DNA of 36,361 bases from Verrucomicrobiota bacterium (GTDB lineage Bacteria > Verrucomicrobiota > Verrucomicrobiia > Methylacidiphilales > Verrucolacustridaceae). Position numbers and translations under genes: made by a program. The stretch spans positions 1-36,361 of the forward strand of contig RGTE01000001.1 of the NCBI GenBank assembly GCA_010025475.1, in the 5' to 3' direction. A model generated the notes under the pieces. The model was not told the origin of the DNA. It saw only the letters and a program-made list of their open reading frames with translations, and did not search any database. Position 1 is the stretch's first letter. Every line of letters begins with the position of its first letter. This document shows, one piece after another, positions 8,394 through 17,274 of this stretch.

Positions 8394-8422
8394 TTGGGAA
8401 CATCGAAAGAGGGGGCTACGCT
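8394..8422 (+). promoter_or_regulatory. Putative promoter for a leaderless transcript
   Basis: TTGGGA-N17-TACGCT, then 6 nt to ATG 8429. Confidence 0.45.
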
Positions 8423-8428
8423 GGATCC

Positions 8429-10141
8429 ATGGGCATGAGGGACCAGGAAGCGAGAAGTGCCCGCCTGAAAGGGCGGTTGGCCCTCGGCTTTCTTCTCCTG
8501 GTGGTGTTGGTGATCTCCGGTCTGGCTACCCTGCCCGCCTACCGCGCGATGAAACGGTGGCGCGCCGACCGGCTGATGGATCACGCGGAAAAGTCCGTCC
8601 AACAGGGCGCGCTGGTCGAAGCTTTTCAAGCCGCACGGGCCGCTTACGGCCTCTACCCCGGCAATGTTCGCGCGTTGCGGATGTTGGCGGAAATGTACGA
8701 GGGTTCGGGCTCGGCGGAAACCCTGGCGTATCGCCGGACCTTGGCCGAGAACGGGGCTTCGACCGGGACCGATCGGGCCGCTTATCTGCGCACCGCGATC
8801 CGCGCCGGCCGTCTGGATTTAGCGGACGAGTTTCTCAAAAAGATCGGCCTGTCGGGGAGAAGTGATCCCGAGGTGGCGGTGGTGGCCGCGGATCTTCTGC
8901 GCCTGCGGGGAGAACCGGAAAAAGCCCGTCAACTGGAGGCCGAATCCGCCGCCACCGCCAAAAAAGGGCAGGAGGCGAAAGCCTCGTGGTTGGGAGCCCG
9001 GGGTCGCCTGGAATCCTCCGACCCGGCGGAGCGGGCCGCGGCCCGGGCCGACCTTTTGCGCCTGGCCAAAACCAAGACGCCCGAGGCCCGGGATGCCTGC
9101 CGGCTGCTTGCCGCCGCGTCGGACCGGACGGAAAAGGAAACCGCCGAGCTGGCCCAACTCCTGGAAGCGGACCCAAAGGCACCGGCCGGGGATCGGCTGT
9201 TGGCAAAATCCCTGATTCTGGAGATTCATCCGGACTGGCGGGGCGCCGTTTTGCAGGAAGTGAAAAAATTGTACACCGGAGGGACCGAGGACGAACGCGT
9301 GGCGCTGGCGGAATTCCTGCTTCGTTATGGGGAGCCGGCGGGGGTCCTGGATCTGCCGGTCGTCCGCAAGGGGCGGCTTTTTCTTTTGCGGCTGGATGCC
9401 TTGGCCCGCCTGCAACGCTGGACCGCGATTCGGGAGGAACTGGTTCTGGCCTCGGCGCAAAAGGATTCGCTCGATCCCTTCTTCATCGAGGTGTTCCAGG
9501 CCCGGGTGGCCCAAGAAATGCGGGAAACTTCCATGGCGGATGTCCGCTGGAAGCAGGCGTTGGCCAAGGCCGCGGGAAATCCCCAAAAGATGGAGTTCCT
9601 CGCCAACTTTGCGGAAAGATCCGGTAACTTGGACATGGCCGTCGAAGCCTATCGCTCCATGCTCAAGTTTCCCTCCGTTGCCGTCCCCGGCTACCTCGGT
9701 CTTATCCGCGTGGCGGAAAAGCGTGCCGATGTCCGGCAGTTGCGCGACATCATGGCGGACCTCGTCCGGCAACTACCCCAGGATCCCGCCCCAAAAAACG
9801 ACCTCGCCTACCTGAATCTCCTTTTTAACGAAAAGGTGGAGGAATCCCTGCACACGGCCCAAGAGTTGGTGACGGCCCTTCCCGACCGTGATGCCTACCG
9901 CACCACCCTGGCCCTCGCCCTCCTCCGCAAAAATAAGCCGGCGGATGCCCTGGCTGTCTATGAACCGATGAAGCTGAACTGGTCCACGGCGCTGCCGGGC
10001 TGGCAGGCGGTGCGGGCCGCGGTGCTGGCCGCCAATGGTCGGGAAGAGGAGGCCCGGAGCCTCGCACTCAGCATCAACTGGGACCGGTTGAAACCGCAGG
10101 AGCGGGATCTCGTGCGCGCCCTCCGCGCACCCCGCAGCTGA
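8429..10141 (+). CDS. Membrane-anchored TPR-like alpha-helical repeat protein
   Basis: An N-terminal TM helix followed by Ala/Leu-rich helical repeats, e.g. PQDPAPKNDLAYLNLL and YRTTLALALLRKNKPADALAVY. Confidence 0.8.
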   Translation: MGMRDQEARSARLKGRLALGFLLLVVLVISGLATLPAYRAMKRWRADRLMDHAEKSVQQGALVEAFQAARAAYGLYPGNVRALRMLAEMYEGSGSAETLAYRRTLAENGASTGTDRAAYLRTAIRAGRLDLADEFLKKIGLSGRSDPEVAVVAADLLRLRGEPEKARQLEAESAATAKKGQEAKASWLGARGRLESSDPAERAAARADLLRLAKTKTPEARDACRLLAAASDRTEKETAELAQLLEADPKAPAGDRLLAKSLILEIHPDWRGAVLQEVKKLYTGGTEDERVALAEFLLRYGEPAGVLDLPVVRKGRLFLLRLDALARLQRWTAIREELVLASAQKDSLDPFFIEVFQARVAQEMRETSMADVRWKQALAKAAGNPQKMEFLANFAERSGNLDMAVEAYRSMLKFPSVAVPGYLGLIRVAEKRADVRQLRDIMADLVRQLPQDPAPKNDLAYLNLLFNEKVEESLHTAQELVTALPDRDAYRTTLALALLRKNKPADALAVYEPMKLNWSTALPGWQAVRAAVLAANGREEEARSLALSINWDRLKPQERDLVRALRAPRS

Positions 10142-10149
10142 ACTTCTCG

Positions 10150-11148
10150 ATGCGGAACTTGTGGTGCTTGGGCCTGGCACTCTGGCTGGGGTTGGCGGTG
10201 CTCCCCGCCCAAACGCCCTCGATTCATACCGTCCAAAAGGGTGAAACCGTTTACGGGATCGCCCAAAAATACGACCTCACCCCCGAACAGCTCCTTCAAG
10301 CCAACCCGGGATTGAACCCCTCTCGCATTCACGCCGGGGACCGACTCCGCTTGCCAATGGCGAAAGCCCCCTCTCCCCCCACCACCTCCTCTACTTCCGC
10401 TTCTCCTCCCACGGCAAAGAAGGATTGGGTCAAAGTGGTGAAAGGGGACACGCTCACCAAAATTGCCCGCGAAAATAAGGTGTCCGTGGAGGATTTGCGC
10501 AAATGGAACAAGTTGGGCACCGATCCCATCCGCCCCGGTGACAGACTGAGGGTGGCCCCGGTCTCGGCGCCCAACGTTACCCCTTCCATCCCCAAGGTGG
10601 GTCCACCCACACCAGCCCCCGCCAAAAAACCGGCGGCTCCGGATTGGAAATTCGTGGGGCCCGCCCGCAGCCAAATGGATTCGCCGAAGGGAGAGCTGCG
10701 GGAGTGGGAATATATCGTAGTTCACCACAGCGGGACCAGCGGCGGCAGCGCCAAGGTATTTGATTACTACCATTCCCACGAGCGGGGCATGGAAAACGGG
10801 CTGGCGTACCATTTCGTCATCGGCAATGGAACGGACTCCGGTGACGGCCAGATCGAGGTGGGTCGCCGTTGGCTGAAGCAACTTCAGGGCGGACATCTGG
10901 CCAGCGAAAGCCTGAACGAGATCGCGATCGGGATCTGTCTGGTGGGAGATTTCAGCCACAACCGGCTCGGCCCGCGTCAAACCGCCGCACTCATCGAGCT
11001 GGTAAAATATCTCCGCCTCATGATGCCCGGCCGGAATTTGAAATTCCGCCTGCACCGGGAAATTAACACCCGTCCGACCGAATGCCCCGGCCGCCTCTTC
11101 CCCGCCGCCGCCATCCATGAACTTTTGGATCAACCCAGCTCCCGGTAA
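10150..11148 (+). CDS. LysM-LysM-Amidase_2 (PGRP-like) peptidoglycan amidase
   Basis: Signal peptide; LysM HTVQKGETVYGIAQKY and KVVKGDTLTKIAREN; Pro-rich linkers; YIVVHHS, YHFVIGNG, IGICLVGDF and H...TECPG. Confidence 0.92.
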   Translation: MRNLWCLGLALWLGLAVLPAQTPSIHTVQKGETVYGIAQKYDLTPEQLLQANPGLNPSRIHAGDRLRLPMAKAPSPPTTSSTSASPPTAKKDWVKVVKGDTLTKIARENKVSVEDLRKWNKLGTDPIRPGDRLRVAPVSAPNVTPSIPKVGPPTPAPAKKPAAPDWKFVGPARSQMDSPKGELREWEYIVVHHSGTSGGSAKVFDYYHSHERGMENGLAYHFVIGNGTDSGDGQIEVGRRWLKQLQGGHLASESLNEIAIGICLVGDFSHNRLGPRQTAALIELVKYLRLMMPGRNLKFRLHREINTRPTECPGRLFPAAAIHELLDQPSSR

Positions 11149-11175
11149 GGCCGATTTGTCGCCCCGCGCCAATCC

Positions 11176-11589
11176 TTAACCCGTCGATTGAAATCCCAGC
11201 CACACTTTCCGGGTGCGCGGCCCGTCAAACTCCGCGAAGTAAATGGTCTGCCAGGTTCCGAATTTGAACCGCCCCTTTTCCATCGGCCAGGCCAGATGGT
11301 TCCCCAACATCGAGGCCTTCACGTGGGCAGCGGAGTTTCCTTCCCCGTGCCGGTACTCCCGGCTTTCCCATGGCACCGTCCGCTCCAGGGCCGCCGCCAG
11401 ATCCCTCCGCACATCCGGATCCGCCCCTTCCTGGATCGTCACAGCCGCGGTCGTGTGGGGAACAAAAACATGGAGCAAGCCGTCCCGCCAACCGCGTCGG
11501 GCGGCGGCCTCCTCCAATGATTGTGTCAGAGGCACAAATTCGGTATGGCTCCGTGTGCCAATGACAATCTCTTCCCAAGGTCCGGCCAT
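11176..11589 (-). CDS. yjbQ: YjbQ/UPF0047 family (secondary thiamine-phosphate synthase)
   Basis: FVPHTTAAV, HGEGNSAAHVKA and GTWQTIYFAEFDGPRTRKV. ATG at 11589. Confidence 0.9.
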   Translation of the reverse strand: MAGPWEEIVIGTRSHTEFVPLTQSLEEAAARRGWRDGLLHVFVPHTTAAVTIQEGADPDVRRDLAAALERTVPWESREYRHGEGNSAAHVKASMLGNHLAWPMEKGRFKFGTWQTIYFAEFDGPRTRKVWLGFQSTG

Positions 11590-12588
11590 ATGATCGTGGT
11601 AACAGGCGGAACCGGGTTTGTCGGCCGGGAAATTTGCCGCCGCCTCGCCGCCCAAGGGATTCCTGTCCGGGCCGTGGCCCGAAACAGTCCCACCGAAACC
11701 CTTCCCGCCGGGGTTTCCTTTTTCCCGGCCGATGTCTGCCGGTCCATTTCCCTCCGCGAGGCGATGGAGGGAGCCCAAGCCGTCATTCACTGCGTCGGTA
11801 TCATCCGGGAAAAGGGCGAGGCCACCTTTGACCGCATCCATCGGCACGCCGTCGCCGAGACCGTGGCCGCCGCCCACCGGGCGCGCATTCCCCGGTTCAT
11901 TTTTCTGTCTGCCCTCGGCACCCGTTCCGCCGCCTCCTCCCTCTATCACCGCAGCAAATGGGCCGGGGAGGAGATCGTCCGCCAAAGCGGGTTGGCCGCC
12001 ACCATCCTTCGCCCATCCTTGGTGTACGGACCCGGCGACCAGTTCACCAACTTCCTCGCCGCCTGGATGCGTCCCCCCCTCTCTTGGTTGACCGGGGGAT
12101 TTCTCGGCATTCCCGGAGGAGACTCGGTGAACCTTTGTCCGGCTTCCGTCGGCGAGGTTGCCGAGGCCGTGGTTCGCTCCTTGGGAAAGGATCGCGCCCT
12201 CGGCCAGAGCTTCGACCTGGCCGGGCCGTCCATCTCACTCAAAAATCTTTCCCTGGAAATCGCCCGTGCCATGGGGCTTCGGCCCACCTGGGTGGAGCAG
12301 CCGCCGGACGTTTTTCTTGGCATGGTTCCTTGGCTTCTTCTCACCGCCTCCAAGCCCGTCCTTCATCCGGTTCCGCTGCCGCTTTGCCGCATCGCCGCGG
12401 CCGTGGCGGAACGAATCCTCCCCAACCCTCCTCTCACCACCGACCAAGTCAGCATGCTGGAAGAGGGGCAATACGGCGATTCCCGGCCGGCGGAGGAGAT
12501 TCTCGGATTCCACCCCGGGCCCCTCTTTGCCGGCCTTGCCGCCTATCTGGCTCCCCGCGCCGGAGGCATCGCCGACCGCCGCCCGTGA
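11590..12588 (+). CDS. NDUFA9-like NAD(P)-dependent epimerase/dehydratase (atypical SDR)
   Basis: MIVVTGGTGFVG, VIHCVGII, FIFLSALG, YHRSK, ILRPSLVYGPGD and PPLTTDQVSML. Confidence 0.88.
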   Translation: MIVVTGGTGFVGREICRRLAAQGIPVRAVARNSPTETLPAGVSFFPADVCRSISLREAMEGAQAVIHCVGIIREKGEATFDRIHRHAVAETVAAAHRARIPRFIFLSALGTRSAASSLYHRSKWAGEEIVRQSGLAATILRPSLVYGPGDQFTNFLAAWMRPPLSWLTGGFLGIPGGDSVNLCPASVGEVAEAVVRSLGKDRALGQSFDLAGPSISLKNLSLEIARAMGLRPTWVEQPPDVFLGMVPWLLLTASKPVLHPVPLPLCRIAAAVAERILPNPPLTTDQVSMLEEGQYGDSRPAEEILGFHPGPLFAGLAAYLAPRAGGIADRRP

Positions 12589-13475
12589 GCGAAGCCGCCC
12601 GGGCCGGCCGGATCCGGCGGGTTCTTCTCACCGCCTTGGCCGTCAACGCGGTTTTGGCCGGTCTAAAATTTGCGATTGGCTGGCAGCTTGGCAGCCTCAG
12701 CGTTCTTTCCGACGCCGTGCACTCCCTGCTTGATGGCGGGGCCAGCGTCATCGCCCTGATCGGCATCACCGCCGCCGCCCGCCCTCCCGATGCCAACCAC
12801 CCTTACGGCCATAGAAAATTCGAGATCCTCACCACCATCATCGTGGCCGGCCTGCTCTTTCTGAGCGCGTGGGAAATCCTCGGCTCCGCGGTGAACCGAC
12901 TCCTTCACCATTCCCCCGCCCCCGAATTCAGCGGTTGGGGGGTTGCCCTTCTTGGTGTGGGAGTCATGGCTTGTCTCATCCTTTCCCGCTGGGAACGGAA
13001 AGCCGGCCTCGAAGTCTCCAGCCCCCTGTTACTGGCCGATGCCGCCCACACCCGCACCGACGTCTTTTCCTCCATTCTGGCGATTGCCGCCGTGGTCGGC
13101 AGCCAGTTCGGCCTGCCATGGCTCGATCCCCTCTTCGCCATCGGCATTGTCATCCTGCTCGCCCGCGCAATTTATGAAATTCTTCTCGAAGGGGTAAAGG
13201 TTGTTTCGGATGCCATCCGGCTGGATCCCGACCAGATCCGGACCGTGGCGGAAGGCGTGGAAGGAGTCCGCGGAGCCCACGCCATCCGCTCCCATGGCAT
13301 GACCAACGACATTCACATTGACCTGCACATCCAGGTGGAAGAGCAGCTGACCACCCGCCAGGTCTACGAGATTGAAAACCAGGTCACCGAGGCTCTCCGC
13401 AAAAAATTTCCCGGGGTCACCCACGTCGCCCTGCGCCACGAACCCCGAGGCACCCCTCGGGAACCGGATGCCTGA
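12585..13475 (+). CDS. Cation diffusion facilitator (CDF) transporter
   Basis: SDAVHSLLD, PPDANHPYGHRKFE, ADAAHTRTD, WLDP and C-terminal HIDLHI...HEP. GTGA start/stop overlap with the upstream gene. Confidence 0.92.
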   Translation: MSEAARAGRIRRVLLTALAVNAVLAGLKFAIGWQLGSLSVLSDAVHSLLDGGASVIALIGITAAARPPDANHPYGHRKFEILTTIIVAGLLFLSAWEILGSAVNRLLHHSPAPEFSGWGVALLGVGVMACLILSRWERKAGLEVSSPLLLADAAHTRTDVFSSILAIAAVVGSQFGLPWLDPLFAIGIVILLARAIYEILLEGVKVVSDAIRLDPDQIRTVAEGVEGVRGAHAIRSHGMTNDIHIDLHIQVEEQLTTRQVYEIENQVTEALRKKFPGVTHVALRHEPRGTPREPDA

Positions 13476-14466
13476 TCTCGTCCGCACCCGCGCCCTCCTC
13501 GAGCAGGGAGTCGGGGAAAACCGCTGGACCGGCTACACCCTCGCCGTCCGGTTCCGTGCCGGCCTCGAAAGTTTTTCCGGGGGCGACGTTCCCGACCCGA
13601 CTTCACCCGTACCCTGGTATTCGGCAGGGAAACCCGTCACCGCGGTCGGTGTCCTCCGGATCCTGGAATCGGCCCCACATTTTTGGGAACAACCGATCGC
13701 CCAGACCCTGCCGGAACTGGCTGGCTCCTACGCAGGCGCCCTCACACTCGGCGCGATTCTCAGCCATCAGACGGGCCTTCGGATTCCGGAGACGAGCCTT
13801 CGCGCCCCCCCCGGGAAAACTTTTTCTTACTTTGCCACGGTTCAACCCTCGGATTTTCAACTCCACTCCGGGCAGGCGGCCTACGACCCCGCCGGCGGTT
13901 GGTGGCTGCTCGGCCAATGGATCGAGCGTCACAGCGGAAAACCGTGGCAGCAGTTTCTGGAGAAAGATGTGCTGACAACGGCAGGACTGGGCGGGTTGCG
14001 ATTTGCCGGGGAATCTGTGCCCATGAAGGAGCGGCGCGCCGGGAAATGGGTCGAAGTGGATCGTGGGTCCGGACCCGGCGCCGGACTCACCGGGTCTGCG
14101 ACGGACCTTGCCCTTTTTTATGAAACCCTTCTGCAAGGACGGCTCCTATCCCGGTCCTCTTTGGATCGGATGTTGCGGCCCGAACGCCACGGCAAAACGG
14201 ATGCCACCTTCGGGCACATCGTGGACTTTGGCCTGGGCATGATTCTCAACAGCAACCGGTATGGGGCGGCGACCGTTCCCTACGGGTTCGGAACCTTCGC
14301 GGGAGAAAAAAGCTTCGGCCATGGAGGCGCCCGCTCCTCCATCGCCTTTGCCGATCCGCAGTTTGCTTTTTCGGCTGCTTTGTTTCTGAACGGCCGTGTT
14401 CCCGAAACGGAGCATCAACCGCGCATGCGCAACCTCCTTGACCTGCTTCGATCCGAACTGGTGTAA
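13468..14466 (+). CDS. Serine hydrolase, beta-lactamase class C/EstB family
   Basis: SxxK in YSAGK, LSHQTGL, AAYDP and SFGHGG. ATG 13468 overlaps the end of the CDF gene. Confidence 0.85.
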   Translation: MPDLVRTRALLEQGVGENRWTGYTLAVRFRAGLESFSGGDVPDPTSPVPWYSAGKPVTAVGVLRILESAPHFWEQPIAQTLPELAGSYAGALTLGAILSHQTGLRIPETSLRAPPGKTFSYFATVQPSDFQLHSGQAAYDPAGGWWLLGQWIERHSGKPWQQFLEKDVLTTAGLGGLRFAGESVPMKERRAGKWVEVDRGSGPGAGLTGSATDLALFYETLLQGRLLSRSSLDRMLRPERHGKTDATFGHIVDFGLGMILNSNRYGAATVPYGFGTFAGEKSFGHGGARSSIAFADPQFAFSAALFLNGRVPETEHQPRMRNLLDLLRSELV

Positions 14467-14492
14467 ACACCCCGCCTCCCTACCTTGGCGAA

Positions 14493-15629
14493 ATGGCGCA
14501 AGGGCGGATGACTTGGCTCGATGTGACCAAGGGCTGGGCGATCCTGTGGGTGGTCTATTTCCACTCCTTTACCTGCTGGATCAAGCCGCCCTCCCCGATC
14601 GGCGGAGAGTTTTTTCGGGAGGTGGGCCGACCGGAAACGTGGAATGGTCTTCTGCCTTTTCTCGAAGGCATCGGCAGGGTGGTGGGAATCGGGATTTCCC
14701 AGTTGGGCTTTCACGCGGTCGGCCTTTTTGTGGTCGCCAGCGGTTTCGTTCTCGCCCAATCCGCCGTCCGGGCAGAACAAAAGGGGGGTGTTTCCTGGGG
14801 AAGCTGGATCGGGAGCCGTCTCGCCCGTCTCTACCCGATGTACTGGTTTGCCCATCTGGTTTATTTGGTCAGCCCGTTTCAGGCGCGGCTCGAACCGGTT
14901 GACTGGCGGTTCTGGGTGAGCCTAAGCGGGCTTCGCTTCCTTTGGATCGACTGGAACTTCTACTACCTCAACGCCGCCTGGTGGTACTTCTGCCTTATCC
15001 TCCAGCTATTCGCCCTGTTCCCTCTGCTGTTTTGGGCCCTGCGCCGGTTCGGATGGTTGTCTTTTTTTGTTTTGGCCACCTTGGTCGGGTTTGCCGCCCG
15101 GTACTTCATGCTTTCCATCCACCCGGTGAGCGGTCAGTTCGTGCTGGGTGGCTGCGGCCTGAGCCGGATGCCGGAATTCGCCTTCGGCATGGTCCTCGGC
15201 GCCCTCCACGCCAAAAATGCCGCCCGCTTTGAATCTTGGCTTCTGCGCGGTCCGGGGTTTCTTGCCGGTTTGTTGCTCTACCCGCTCGCCCTCAAAACCT
15301 ACCAAGTGCCCAACGGTTACGTGGCCGTCGACCTCCTGACCGGAATCGCCTGTTTCCTGGTCGTTGCCGGCGCCTCGGGATTCTGGGCCTCCATCCCCCG
15401 GCTCGGGGGCTGGCTCGCCTTGGCCGGCTCCTTTTCCTACGGCATCTATCTGATCCACCAGCCGTACGCGATTCACTTTGCCTCTTTTCTGCAAGGTATG
15501 CCGGCCGCGCGGGCCATTCCCCTGCTGGTTCTGATCGTCGTTGGCTTGGCGTTTTGGGGAGGGCTTCTCGAAAAACTCCTGAGCCGATGGTTGGCAGAGC
15601 CGGTTGCCCCCAAGCCTCCCCGTCCCTAG
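14493..15629 (+). CDS. Acyltransferase_3 family membrane O-acyltransferase
   Basis: WLDVTKGWAILWVVYFH, AVGLFVVASGF, RLARLYPMY, AWWYF and SYGIYLIHQP, with many TM segments. Confidence 0.9.
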   Translation: MAQGRMTWLDVTKGWAILWVVYFHSFTCWIKPPSPIGGEFFREVGRPETWNGLLPFLEGIGRVVGIGISQLGFHAVGLFVVASGFVLAQSAVRAEQKGGVSWGSWIGSRLARLYPMYWFAHLVYLVSPFQARLEPVDWRFWVSLSGLRFLWIDWNFYYLNAAWWYFCLILQLFALFPLLFWALRRFGWLSFFVLATLVGFAARYFMLSIHPVSGQFVLGGCGLSRMPEFAFGMVLGALHAKNAARFESWLLRGPGFLAGLLLYPLALKTYQVPNGYVAVDLLTGIACFLVVAGASGFWASIPRLGGWLALAGSFSYGIYLIHQPYAIHFASFLQGMPAARAIPLLVLIVVGLAFWGGLLEKLLSRWLAEPVAPKPPRP

Positions 15630-15638
15630 AACAAAGAG

Positions 15639-16001
15639 ATGCGAATTTCCCTTCGCCGAATCTTTGATTTTGAGGCAGCCCAGCACCTGCCCTCCTTCCC
15701 GGAAGGGCACAAGTGCCGCCGGCTACACGGTCACAGCTTCCGGCTGGAGGTGGTGGTGACCGGGGCCGTGGATTTAAAGACCGGGCTGTTTTACGACCAT
15801 GCGAAAATTGCCGATGTCGTTCGCCCCATCGTGGACAAAATGGATCACACCTGTCTCAACGAAACCCCCGGCCTGGAGAACCCCACCCTCGAATTGATGA
15901 CGAAATGGTTTTGGGATAAGCTAACAACCCAATTGCCCGGACTTTCCGAAATCACCCTGCATGAAACCCCGCGAGCTTCCTGCACCTTCCGCGGGGAGTA
16001 A
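15639..16001 (+). CDS. queD: 6-carboxy-5,6,7,8-tetrahydropterin synthase
   Basis: FEAAQHL, KCRRLHGHSF, MDHTCLNE, NPTLE and HETP. Confidence 0.92.
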   Translation: MRISLRRIFDFEAAQHLPSFPEGHKCRRLHGHSFRLEVVVTGAVDLKTGLFYDHAKIADVVRPIVDKMDHTCLNETPGLENPTLELMTKWFWDKLTTQLPGLSEITLHETPRASCTFRGE

Positions 16002-16004
16002 GTC

Positions 16005-16859
16005 GTGAAATCCCGCGCTTTTCTCACGATTGGGTTGGTCGGACCGGATCGGACCGGGGCCATTGCCGCGGTGACCCAGCATCTCTTTCGGATCGGAGCC
16101 AACATCGAATCCTTGGAGGAGCAGGTGGCGCGCGGAAAATTCCGGATGACTCTTCTCGCCTCCTGGCCCTCCGCAAAAATTCATGAAGCGTCCATTCGCC
16201 AGGGTCTGGAGCAGGTGGCCCACGCCCTGCGGATGAAGCTCACTCTGCGGATCGCCGACGGGACTCGCTCCCGCCGCAAACTCGCCCTCCTGGTTTCCAA
16301 AGAGAGCCATGTTTTGGAGACTCTCCTTCGGGAATGGAAACGTGGCGGGCTCAAGGCCGATCCCGTGCTGGTGGCCGGCAACCACCCCCAACTGGGCAAG
16401 TTGGCCCGGAAACACGGACTGCCCTTCCGTCTGATCGACTATCGGGACCGGGTTCAGGCCGAACAGATCCTTCAGGAGCATCTTGAAAAAGCAGGGGTAG
16501 ATCTGGTGGTTCTGGCGCGTTTTATGAAGATTCTTTCGCCCGACTTTGTCTGGCACTGGAAAAACCGCATTCTCAACATCCATCCCTCGCTGCTTCCCGC
16601 CTTTCCCGGTGCCTCCGCCTATCGGCAAGCCTACGACAAGGGGGTCAAGATCGTCGGGGTCACCGCCCACTTTGTCACCCCAGACCTCGACCAAGGACCG
16701 ATTCTTTGTCAGGACGCCCTTCGCCTTCGCCCGGACGAGCCATTGGAAAGCATTATCACGCGGGGCCAGAGGCTGGAATCCGCCTGCCTTCTCCGTGCCC
16801 TCAAACTTTGTCTAAGCCGCCAACTCGATGTCCACTGGGGACGTGTCCACGGGGTGTAA
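16005..16859 (+). CDS. purU: Formyltetrahydrofolate deformylase
   Basis: N-terminal ACT domain GPDRTGAIAAV; LVVLARFMKIL, NIHPSLLPAFPGA, AYDKGVK and TAHFVTPDLDQGPI. Confidence 0.9.
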   Translation: MKSRAFLTIGLVGPDRTGAIAAVTQHLFRIGANIESLEEQVARGKFRMTLLASWPSAKIHEASIRQGLEQVAHALRMKLTLRIADGTRSRRKLALLVSKESHVLETLLREWKRGGLKADPVLVAGNHPQLGKLARKHGLPFRLIDYRDRVQAEQILQEHLEKAGVDLVVLARFMKILSPDFVWHWKNRILNIHPSLLPAFPGASAYRQAYDKGVKIVGVTAHFVTPDLDQGPILCQDALRLRPDEPLESIITRGQRLESACLLRALKLCLSRQLDVHWGRVHGV

Positions 16860-16914
16860 GCAAATAGACAAAATCAGCGTTGAAAAGCCCCCTCGATCCC
16901 CCATCGTGGTGGGG

Positions 16915-17160
16915 ATGGCGAAAAGAAAAGCATCTTCCCCGGGTCGAGTTGTGCGGGAGGAACCGGGAGATCCCTCCGAAAAAGCGCTGAGAGCCACGAT
17001 CATCGTTTGTCTTGTCGGCTTGGTTGCAGTTTACCTGTTCGCCTTCGCCCCGCGGAAAGTCGGCAAACCCGTTGCCTCCTCCGCAACCATCCAAGGCTCT
17101 CCCACCAAAGAAGCCGTGGCCACCTTCGACCGCTCGTCCCTTTCCACCAAAGACCGCTAG
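16915..17160 (+). CDS. Small single-pass membrane hypothetical protein
   Basis: MAKRK... with one hydrophobic stretch (IIVCLVGLVAVYLFAFA). It fills the gap after purU. Confidence 0.55.
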   Translation: MAKRKASSPGRVVREEPGDPSEKALRATIIVCLVGLVAVYLFAFAPRKVGKPVASSATIQGSPTKEAVATFDRSSLSTKDR

Positions 17161-17188
17161 CCCCAAGACAGGCGGAAGCGGTGGACGT

Positions 17189-17216
17189 GGCCGAGGATTC
17201 TCGGCCCGGATTTTTT
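17189..17216 (+). terminator. Putative intrinsic terminator
   Basis: GGCCGAG-GATT-CTCGGCC, then CGGA and TTTTTT. Confidence 0.55.
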
Positions 17217-17274
17217 CTCCACCGGAAGGCAAAAAATACCGCATCTTTTTTCTGAATCCATGGTTTAATCCCTT

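Noticed and set aside
13468-14466. Serine hydrolase or VanZ (22567-22911) as antibiotic resistance genes
   Set aside because: Both are broad families. The hydrolase has no signal peptide and has an esterase-type HGG motif, and no van cluster is present.
15639-16859. queD next to purU as a possible PTPS-III folate-pathway bypass
   Set aside because: The motif is C-x3-HGH (KCRRLHGH), the QueD/PTPS-I type. It lacks the Glu of the PTPS-III E-x2-HGH motif.
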